Assembly: GCA_964016885.1 (NCBI GenBank)
Contig: OZ024743.1
Coordinates: 151,094,001 to 151,158,000 of the forward strand
Reading direction: 5' to 3'
DNA from: Eledone cirrhosa
Lineage: Eukaryota
DNA: 64,000 bases
Shown: positions 54,848 through 64,000 of the stretch, piece after piece
Numbering within the stretch: position 1 is the first letter of the stretch
How the letters are laid out: the number at the start of each line of letters is the position of its first letter
Notes under the pieces: model-generated
What the model saw: the letters and a program-made list of their open reading frames with translations, nothing else
The model's database searches: none
Told to the model about the DNA's origin: nothing
Position numbers and translations under genes: made by a program

Positions 54848-57099
54848 GTAGGGTTAATATAATCAATTATAATGAAAGCAAAATTGCTATACTGCAGCAA
54901 TTTTGTGATACCCTTAGGGAGACAAGGTATGTAACTCTGCTTGGTTCAACTAGTTTTGTCAATAAGCAGGACAACAAACTAACTACAAAAATAAGTCCTC
55001 TCAATAGCATGAAAATATCCAAATTTACATCCCATACACGGAAAAAGATTATAACACAGTAATGAAAAAAAAAAGAAATATGTTCTCTATCATACTTGCT
55101 TATATGTATATCTCTAATATAAACCTTGTTTCATTGAGAAACAAGGAGAAGTAAAGCTGAGGTAGTAGTAGTTGTAGTTGACATATTAAAATGTTAGCAT
55201 CTTGATATATGTTTGTACAGGAATTGGTCTAAAGAGAATATGTCACCTAAAATAATCACAATAAGGAGTCAACTAGGGTGCCTTTATGTGCTGACTCAGC
55301 CTGCTGAAAGTAGCCACCAAATCTTCCTCGAATGGCATTCTACTGTTTTAACCCTTTAGCATTTAAACCAGCCATATCTGACCAAAATCCTCTCAACTTT
55401 TTCTGTTCAAACTGGCTGTAACTGGCCACTCATATTGATATTAAGGTATTGTTCTCAAAATAAATAACATCAAATTCTCATAGATTCGATATTACGTGAG
55501 ATAAAGCCTTTACCATGAAAATTAAACAGTATATATAAAGTAATGTAAATGCTAAAAGGTTAAACAATGTAAGATACATTGTCTGAAATATATAAAAAAA
55601 CAGGATGATTATGACCTGAGTGCCTTTCAAACAAGTGAAGGATCCTATATTTTGTTTCTCAGTATGTTAGAAACAAGGAAAGACAGGTTGTATAATGTTG
55701 TCCTATATGGGAATACCTTTGCAGCCAACAAAAGAGAAAACAAAAACATTCCAGCAGTGGCCATCCCAACTTTTTGTATGTATTCCTTTTTTTCAGAGAG
55801 TAGAACATGTTTTGAGAAAGATTTGACTGCTATTCCTAGCAAGATGAACAGCCATGTAGAGGTATCCTAGTTACTTCCACCTAGCATCTAAGCAAATATA
55901 TACCAAAGTTAACTCTGGTGGAATTTTAAATCGGAACTAATAAAAATGAAAGTAAATACTGTAGGCCATTACCATTTATGTTAGCAAGATACTCGTAATA
56001 TTAGCAAAGCCTTTGACCATGTTATAGAACTTACAATTTAATCTGATCTCATATTACTGTGTTCATTTTGTCTTCCCTGAACTGTGGTGGCTTGTCCAAT
56101 ACATGTTGGCATGAAAAGTGGACTTTATGATGATGATGTGTGTGCTGCATGCGTATGCCAGTCACCAGAAACTGGTGTTTATCTATGACCTTCATATAGC
56201 AATATTTTCTGTAGTGGTTTGATGAACGTCAGTGGTAAATACCATACTTAAGAAAATGGGATATATATTGGTGTCAGGAAGGGCATCCAGCCAGAGAATA
56301 CTATCTAAAAAACATGGCTTATCTAAGGCATGCCAGTATACATAAGTAGATTTAAAAACAATGGCGATGATAGTCGTTGACTAGCTAAGAAAAAAAAAAT
56401 GAAACAAAACTGTGTTATAGTTGTATTACTTACTGATTATGTGTAGCAAGTAAGAGGAATTGTATTTAATTGTTTCATTTTATTGGCAGGAGACCCAAGG
56501 TAGACCCCAAGCCAGATGGTTGGATAACATCTATGAGCTCAGCTGGTCTCGCTTGGGCATCCAGCTGGATCAGTTGTAAATGGTTCCTTCTGACAGGAAC
56601 TGCTGGGAGTAGTGTTTGAGGGCTCTGGCCCAACAACTCTCTCAAGAATAAGTGAGTTAAAAAGAAGAATCATCATTTTATTGATAACCATAGTCAGTAT
56701 TAACTAGCACTGATAGTTAACAAATATTGTTTACTGTGATAATCTATGGCATCCAGCCTTATGAAATCTGTTAAACAAAGGGTTGGGAGGACCCTTCAGC
56801 TTTGTTAAAGACATTACAATTTTCCTAGTGGTGGTGTCCTGTAGAGTGCAGGACCATTTGTATGCAAGAAGCAGGCTCCCAGTCCAACTGAGAGGTCAGT
56901 AGCTCCACTTGAGTACTGGCTCAGTCTGTGAAGACCCCGTCCAAACCTTGCTAACAGAAAACAAATGTTAAATGATGATGATGATGATGAATCAATTTCC
57001 AAAATTGAACATTTGAAAATATACTAAACTTAATGCCCTTTTATTTTGTTCCTTTGAAAACACTGGTTTCTTTTCCAAAATTGAATTTTACATTAAATT

Positions 57100-57142
<43 letters not shown>

Positions 57143-60100
57143 TAAAAGAAAATTTATTTATTCTTCCAGGAAATGTTCTATTATCAAGATCTGCTGTGAG
57201 TATTTTGTTATAACTCATTTATCATTTCATGAATAATTACTAGTTTTTCAATGACATTTTTCCTGCTAGGTGAACCAAGTTGAATAAATTTTAGAACAGC
57301 TTCATTACCATATTTCTGATAAAAGACACAGCCTAGGATTTTCAATTAGATTTTTATATGATGAAGAATTTAGAGGATTTAATAATATAACTAACTTATT
57401 CATCATTAAGCTGATGTTTAGAGTATAACTTAACAAAGGTCCTTATGTACAATTATGATAGGTTTTAGATGAATATATACATTTTAAAATGCACAGCTTT
57501 GTCAGTTTCAGGTTGTTTGATATCAAAAGGGTTAAACAATTTAGAATTTATCAAAAGCAGCAGGAATAAACTTAAAAAAGAAACCCTAAAGCATTTTAGC
57601 TGACTTCTCTTAATATTATTTTTAGTTACTAACTTTTAATATTTAATATCGTTATAGTTAAGTAATTAGTCAATTTAATTTCTGATAGTATTACAAAACT
57701 CAAGTTAGGACAAGGAAAGCAGATGCTAAAAGACGATGATGATGATAATTACGAGAAACAATTTATTAGTTGGAGGAAAAATATGTTAACCATTTTGTGG
57801 TTGTATTTTTAATGAAATACATTATATTTTCATTAATTAAGGAAGAATTTTGAATGATTTACTAAAATCATTAACTATTTCATTACTAAGATAGTCATTT
57901 AACATGTGTTCTTATATAAAATTATGTTGGAAAATTTTGATTTAAATAGGAACCATATAAAATGAGTGGTTTAGTTTCATAGAACCAGGGCCAGTTTTGG
58001 CATCAAAAATGTTTAGAGAACATAGTCTGGTATGTGACAGAGGCCTGATTTACATATTACTATAAGTATCAGACTGAAATAAATATTGACATTGATATGC
58101 TAAACTAAACCGTTAAAGTTACATTTCAATAACTGAAACAGTAAAAATATATATTCATTGACTAGGTTCGAGCAACTACAGACAATTGGGCAATAAATTT
58201 GTTGAAATTAAGAGTAGATAGGGTGTTCCCCTCCCTCACAAAAAAAAACATTGATAGATTGTATAGATAGAAGCATAGACATCTTCTATTGTATTTGTCT
58301 CAGCATGTGCTGCTGTACCAGCTAACTAATTTTGATAGAATAAACAAACTAGTTTTATAGACAGCTTATTTTAAAATATAGTATTTTTTTTATTGATGAT
58401 TTTATCTTTTTAAAGGGAATTGAAGGATTTCACAATGCTCGAAAAGGTACAAACATTGCTGGACAAGCAACAGGAGTGTCAGCTGGAGAGGTTTGTATTT
58501 TTTTGTTTAATCACCTGGTGTATTTAAAATATATTTCAATGTTTTCTGAAAATAACCCATAAAGAGAACTAAGTAAAAGGAGATGTGATATTGGATGAAT
58601 TGTTTTGACAGATGATTGTAATTACATGACTCTCTCTTTGTACAGAGCCTACAAATGTTAGAAAAAGTGAAGAAAGGAAATCATGTCATGTCCTGTCTTT
58701 AGCACTACAATACAGTGCAACAAATTAAGCTGGTTCCACAATAAAATGCACCTTGCTTATCCTGTAAAGTAGCGGTGCTGGTGCTATGACAAAAAGCACC
58801 CATTCCACCCTGTAAGTTGGTAGTGCCAGAGTTGCTATACATGCTCCCAGTACATACTGTAAAGTGATTAGCATTAGGAAGGACATCTATCTGTAGAAAC
58901 CAAGCCAAAAATGGAAAGTATGAGCAAGACATTATCACCCAACCAATCTAGCCTCAGCCTGTCTAACCCATGTAATCATGGAAAATAGAGGTTAAATGGG
59001 GATAATGTTGATGATATTGTTTACATCTGAGGCCATTTCAGTTATTATAGCTCAAACTAAGAGATGCAGAAAACCTCTGAGGAAGAGCCCTACTGTAGTA
59101 GTAGTGCAATTACAATAATCCAGTGTGCACTGTTGAAGATTACCTGGATATTGAATTGTAATGGACACAAGTCAAACCTTGTGCTCTAGCATTAAAAATA
59201 TATAAAAAGATGCAGTATTGCAAACTCTGCTATACATGCCAGCATGGGGAATAGACATAAAGTCAAATGACTGTGTGTTTATATAATAATGAAAATTATT
59301 GTGTACAGAGCTCAGGTGCACTACAACTCATCAAAGGTGCATGTATAGTACATAGAATAATGTACAAATGTCAGGAAAGTGAACAGAGTATGAGTCATGG
59401 TATACACACAGACACACACATACGTGCGTGCATGTGTATGGAGGGTTAATATCAGGTAAATTGTTGGCAAATTTTTTCATGAAGCATGGAAGTTTTGAAG
59501 GATGCAGTGTCCTGATTACATCTGAAGCAGGTAGTTTGTTCCATGCTTCAGCAACTCTGAGCATGAAACAATGTTTCTGAAAGTCATGGAAGCTGTACTG
59601 TTGTCTGATTCTGTAAGCATGTCCACAGGCGTTAGACATATAGAATTCAAAAAGGTGGTCAGGGTTGTATTGGAAAGATGGTTGATAATTTTGTGACTAC
59701 CAAGTGAGTTGCCAGACGTCAGAGCTTTAATGTATCCATGCCCAGAGAAGCAAGGTGTTTCTGAACAGTTTCCAGGAGATCAATATATATAAATATATAT
59801 GATCATCATCATCATGATACAATGATGATATATATATGAAGGGCTTATGCCCGAAAGATCGTACCATCATTTCAAATCTGTTACAAACCTTTTTCTCATG
59901 TTGATTTGAATTGCTTTTAGTTATTAATGTGCGTTGAAATAATAGCTTTTGACTGTCACTGGAGCTATTAGTTAGACAGCAGTGTTTTTTTTTTTTAATT
60001 CTTCAGGAAGAACTTGTTCTCATGTTTACATTTTTATCATAAAATCTTGTCTTTTGCTTAGGATCTTACAAAGTTTCATTATACTGTTTTACATTGCTAC

Positions 60101-60230
60101 AATGTTCACTATTGCCCAATCACACATATCACTGTAATCACAAGTGCATGTTGAGTTTCTTATGCACTAGAATCTTAATATCATCTTGCCTCTCACTTAT
60201 ATATCACCATCTTAAGTATGTTTTTCCATG

Positions 60231-60265
<35 letters not shown>

Positions 60266-63200
60266 CATAATAAATTGCATGTATCCAGTTTAGAATAGTT
60301 ACACCATATCCCTGTGTCATAAGTGAGGAAGGGCATCTGGCTGTAAAATATTGCATCAAAAGTTGTGTTCAACTCATGCCAGTAAAATTGATGTAAAAAC
60401 AATAATGATTGTATGATATATGGAATCTAGCTGTACAGAAGTATCATCACCGTTTAATGTCTATTCTTCCATGCTAGCATTGGTTAGATGAGTTGTCTCA
60501 TTGTGCAACAAGCCAGGTCAAATGACCATGTCTTGCGCATACAGAACTGATTTTGGCTTGTCTTCTACGATTGGATGCCCTTCCTAACACCAACCACAGT
60601 GTATACAGGGGTGCTTTTCATTGTGACACCTTATATCTTTTTCACGTACTCAATCATTCTATCTCCCCCTTTCTTATATACAACCAGCTTTATGACAATT
60701 TTAAAATGCTTTCCAGCTTTTACCTTTATTATGAATGAAGAATTAATGGCAAGCAATACTTGGTTGGACTCCTGTTGGTGCTTATAATTTTTATGAGGGT
60801 TATTTGTCATTGCAAACATTAAATAAAGGTAGAAGTAGCTTGCTATGTTGGATATATTTAGTGAAAGTGAAATGGTTGGTGTTAGGAAGGGCATCCAGCT
60901 GTAAAATATTTGCCAAACAATGAGTTGGGTGAACTCTTCAGCTGTGTTAAAGATATAGCAATGTACTTGGTAGAATGTTGGAACATATCTAAGTAAGATA
61001 TAGGCCATTTGAGAGAGATCAGTACCTCTACTTGAATACTGATTTGACTTGTGAAGACCTGTCCAACCCTTGCTAGTACAGTAGGCAGATGTTAAATGAT
61101 AATGATGTAGTTATAAACTATCCTACTATAGCATGATTGAAAAAGAAAAATACATATAAATACCTAATTTTAGAGGGAATGTCAAGCATTTTTTAATGAA
61201 ATCAGTAATATTGTCACCCAATAAACAGTAGATATGTAATTCGAGTTATTTATCAGTCAGCCCATTGCTCTTTTCTGTTTCAAATTGGTTCTTATAAGGT
61301 CTAATATATTTTATTATGCTTGATTATGAACTCTGGCTGTCATAACAGCAACTGTTTAAGACAGCTAATGTCCCACCAATATTGTATTCAACTACTTCAA
61401 ACATTTCACCCCATATCACTTGTGTAACGAAATCAATTTTTAAAAAAATGTCTAATTCTTTTTTTGCTGAAATATAACATTGACTTTCTGAAAGTGTTAA
61501 CACTATTTTCTTTTTCTTTCAGAAGGCTGTCAATGCTGGTATAAAGAATATACGGGTAGCTGTACAAGGCATTGGTCCAGGACGTTTTGTAATTATACTT
61601 TTGTTAATTCAATATATATACATATATAGTATAATTAAAATTTCATACACTTAACATGCATACACACCCTCAGGTTTTGGGGTCCAGTTATAGCCACCAC
61701 TGTAAAGGGTAGGAGCTGTTTCAATGCACGTCTTTCATTGGGTACCAAGACAAAATTACTTTGGGCTTCTATCTATGAATATTCTGCATACATGAGCAAG
61801 ATAAGGTCAGCCGACCAGGACAACCAATCTAACCCATGCTAGTGTGGAAGAATGGATGTAAAATGGTGATGATGTATTTACATACATACATACATACAGT
61901 TATTATTGAGTAGTGTAATTTCTATTTATCTTAATTGAATAAGCATTATTATGATAATATAATTGCTTCATAATTAACTATGGAGGATTGTGTAGTGATA
62001 AGTTCATTAAGAAACATGTAATACTTACAATAATTCACACACATTACACCATAAGCTAATATATTTGTGACCCCATGTATAAATAAGCAACCATTTTATT
62101 TATATACTATGAAGATGTGTAGAAACATTTAAAGTGTATTGGTGTAGCTGTTAATACCTAAGGGCAATCCACAGGTCCTTCTCTCCACATTTAAAATGAC
62201 TATTGTGTCGATTTAAGTCACCTTTCATTTAATATATATATAAAGAATTATATATCTCTATCTAGGCCAGGTAAAATTCCCGAGATCCATGGACTAGTTC
62301 TCTCCAGCAGTCTCTGTCCCTCATTATCGCTGCCACGTCCTGCGTCTCCAACAGACCAGTGTCTGTCCTTTGGGCATCAACATACGTTAACCTTGGTCTT
62401 CCTCTTCCAGTGTGTCCATGTAGGGGTTCCCAAAGGAGCACTGAGTGCAATGTCGGTGAGCATGTCCAGCTAACCACAGTCTCCTCTGTGTCACTTTTGA
62501 GAAGCTCTCATACAACTGAGTTTTTCATCCTCAGTGTATACTGATTAATGTTCAGAGCCATCCTCAGCATTCTCGCGTAGCACCCATCCACCATCTGAGT
62601 GAGTTTCTTGGCCAGTGTCCAAGTCACAGACTCCATTACAGCAATGAAGAGGCGGATTTTCAGGTCTTTACGAAGGTCCAACTTCCACACCGATCTCAAG
62701 CTGTGGCACGTCGCCCAGGCTTTGCTCTTCCTCTCAACCACATCATCTTCTTTGCTCCCAAATACAGGAAGTCCTCAACCAATTCTAGCGGCTTCCTGCC
62801 TAGATTAGTAATCCCCTCTGGCTTCTCAACATTCTTTACCAGATATTTTGTTTTAGTCTCATTCATTCTCAACTTCCTGCATCAAATCCTCTGCCTCCTT
62901 CACTGTATTTGTCACCAAAACTATGTTGTCGGCAAATTCAGCATCCTATATCTTTTTCGCCTTAACTCTCCTGCTCTGAGCCTGTGCTACAGTAAAGCCA
63001 GAGTCCTGGTGTTTCTCCAGTGCCAGGCGCATACAATAGTCCACTACAATGATAAAAAGGTAGGGAGCATTCTGATGCTGAGGAGGATATTAGAGGGAGC
63101 TAGAGCAAAGTGCCTTCCTGCGGTCATGGTTTTCATTGACTTTAGGAAGGCCTTTGATTCTGTGGACCGTCACTGCCTGATGAAGATCTTACAGGCTTAT

Positions 63201-63906
63201 GGAATCCTCAAGAAGATAGTGGACCTGATATTACTGCTCTACACCAACACCAAAGCCCAAGTCATTATATATCTATATACGTTTAAATTTGGTGGTTTAC
63301 CACTGGGTAGAATTGGTCATTCTGCAATGTGAGGAAAGTACTCACCATTAGGCAACTCATATTTCACTTTTTATATATGAGACTTTCAAAACTGTTTTTT
63401 CAGCTATCCCATCTTTATTGTGTAGCAAGTTTGCTGAGAATTAGATGTTACAGCAAGCAGGTTAAATAAATATACAGAAGATTAGGCCAACAAGGAACTT
63501 CTACATGGTCTCTTGACCTGTTAGCAGCCAAATTTTCTTTTAAAGCATATCCTACTTTCTTAAAAATGTTATCTAAGACTACATTAGACAATGTAGTGTT
63601 AGATACATGATACCTGGAAAGGTTATTGCTGACCTGGGACTTAACAACATAGGATGTGATAATGTCTATCTTATAGATAAACAGCTAATAACTTCTTCCA
63701 GCTATAAATCACATGGCAAGAAGAGAATATGACCAAATTTCAAATATAATGCCTACAAATCTTGTTTCATATATTTATAATATCAATTTTTTTTTCAGCC
63801 TGCAATAAAAGGTTTACAACTAGCTGGTTTAAATATTGTATCTTTAACTGACACAACACCTATAACTCATTGTAATGAGCGACCTAGAAAACAGAGGAGA
63901 CTTTAG
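44804..63906 (+). CDS. MRPS11: Mitochondrial small ribosomal subunit protein uS11m; join(44804..44882,48585..48726,54653..54780,57170..57195,58416..58490,61523..61588,63799..63906), 624 nt, 207 aa
   Basis: Manual splicing: all six introns are GT..AG with polypyrimidine tracts and consistent phases (1,2,1,0,0,0). The protein has uS11 motifs (AHIKSTKNNTIISI, SAGIEGFHNARKGTNIAGQA, VAVQGIGPGR, AIKGLQLAGLNIVSLTDTTPITH..RPRKQRRL*) and an N-terminal acid-free, presequence-like extension (MLSSILRNVGQSCVNSPLKNKLLSVS). Confidence 0.95.
46135..46440 (-). mobile_element. Old LINE 3' fragment (Jockey/CR1-like)
   Basis: VSSLSLF ... SPSFLHRTAII.N ... LQVFQLNIN resembles the SFFxRTxxxWNxLP..FKxxIN LINE C-terminus. 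Confidence 0.5.
48585..48726 (+). CDS. MRPS11: MRPS11 coding exon 2 (NPLLQSQALHISSPRMVLDKDNRLKKWTLMENKDQLHISDTVEVES)
   Basis: T-rich acceptor ending tcag, open frame, donor AG|GTAAC. Phases fit both neighbours. Confidence 0.85.
50864..51056. mobile_element. hAT-type MITE
   Basis: TIR CAGAACTGTCAACTCTC / GAGATTGGCAGGTCTG; 8-bp TSD TGTATATA on both sides. Confidence 0.8.
51469..51613. mobile_element. hAT-type MITE
   Basis: TIR CAGGCATGGACAAACT / AGTTTACCCATGACTG; 8-bp TSD ATTTAGGT on both sides. Confidence 0.85.
52530..53200 (-). mobile_element. R4/Dong-like RLE retrotransposon 3' end in (TAA)n, with a second copy of its 3' tail at about 53060-53200
   Basis: HIPEKVSENDKATIFWDMPIHTDR..LLIDV..KYKDLVIEITRMW..IPIILGALG..QKIAQIGTVHILRKVL; the tails end in (TAA)n. 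Confidence 0.85.
53450..53770 (-). mobile_element. Second R4/Dong-like RLE fragment
   Basis: KRSCLIIDVACLFDKRV and VVPIVIGALGT motifs, with frameshifts. Confidence 0.65.
54163..54572. repeat. Nested inverted repeats (foldback)
   Basis: Outer arms 54163-54230 / 54503-54572; inner hairpin 54403-54449 / 54458-54504. Confidence 0.9.
54653..54780 (+). CDS. MRPS11: MRPS11 coding exon 3 (PDIFPTLRTPDMLVEGVPYKHLHIAHIKSTKNNTIISISEHN)
   Basis: tttttcag acceptor, GTAAGT donor, uS11 HIKSTKNNTII motif. Confidence 0.95.
55352..55559. mobile_element. piggyBac-type MITE (family 1) in MRPS11 intron 3
   Basis: TTAA|CCCTTTAGCATT ... AATGCTAAAAGG|TTAA. Confidence 0.8.
57170..57195 (+). CDS. MRPS11: MRPS11 coding exon 4, 26-nt microexon (GNVLLSRSA)
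   Basis: ttcttccag acceptor and GTGAGT donor. Required to convert phase 1 to phase 0, and it supplies the G-x-V-x3-S-A segment of uS11. Confidence 0.9.
58416..58490 (+). CDS. MRPS11: MRPS11 coding exon 5 (GIEGFHNARKGTNIAGQATGVSAGE)
   Basis: AG/GT boundaries; uS11 GF-x-N-A-R-K-G-T motif. Confidence 0.95.
59280..59780 (-). mobile_element. CR1/L2-like LINE 3' fragment (same tail at about 10510-10660)
   Basis: GHAYRIRQQYS.HDFQKHCF.LRVAEAWNKLPASDV pattern. Confidence 0.75.
61523..61588 (+). CDS. MRPS11: MRPS11 coding exon 6 (KAVNAGIKNIRVAVQGIGPGRF)
   Basis: Strong polypyrimidine acceptor; GPGR motif. Confidence 0.95.
62258..63266 (-). mobile_element. 5'-truncated RTE-like LINE with a 5' inversion, in MRPS11 intron 6
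   Basis: Minus strand 62258-63068: APYLFIIVVDY..AEFADN..LLWEP.HG..GRGRPRLTYVD. Plus strand 63069-63266: ILMLRRILEG..FIDFRKAFDSVDR..AQVI. 11-bp TSD ATTATATATCT. Confidence 0.88.
63799..63906 (+). CDS. MRPS11: MRPS11 coding exon 7 to the TAG stop (PAIKGLQLAGLNIVSLTDTTPITHCNERPRKQRRL*)
   Basis: Acceptor tttttcag; basic uS11 C-terminal tail. Confidence 0.95.
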   Translation, partial: PAIKGLQLAGLNIVSLTDTTPITHCNERPRKQRRL

Positions 63907-64000
63907 GTAGTGTTCTTTTCTTTGTTTTATCAAATCCCTTTGATGTTATTGTATGATCTGTTATTTGAAAAATTTCAGCATTACCAAAATTATTTTCTAT

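Noticed and set aside
62703-63332. 209-aa ORF as an intact RT gene
   Set aside because: An accidental fusion of antisense LINE sequence with the inverted RT segment.

Overview
Eukaryotic, AT-rich and repeat-dense window, most likely from an octopus or other coleoid cephalopod. This is inferred from the repeat complement: long (TA)n and (ATC)n microsatellites, tRNA-headed MetaSINE/CORE-type SINEs, and RTE LINEs carrying a PHD finger. Almost all ORFs in the supplied track are microsatellite or retroelement artefacts. By hand-splicing I recover one complete host gene, MRPS11 (uS11m; + strand, 7 coding exons at 44804-63906, 207 aa). I also find the first coding exon of a probable CNTD1/COSA-1 gene on the - strand (598-762), with upstream non-coding exons near 6.2-6.6 kb, and a possible small 3-exon orphan gene or pseudogene (16752-17192, -). 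The rest is transposon debris: CRE, Hero and R4/Dong-type RLE retrotransposons, several RTE LINEs, a Penelope-like element, a Gypsy remnant, a non-autonomous Helitron, piggyBac- and hAT-type MITEs, and SINEs. The most notable structures are: a young 931-bp TRIM-like LTR element nested in a CRE (apparently identical 368-bp LTRs, perfect tRNA-Trp PBS, 4-bp TSD); a CRE with an N-terminal PHD finger; a twin-priming-like 5'-inverted LINE with a TSD; two LINEs split into overlapping inverted halves; and a nested foldback just upstream of an MRPS11 exon. I cannot demonstrate a wholly new biological system, and the novelty claims need database searches.
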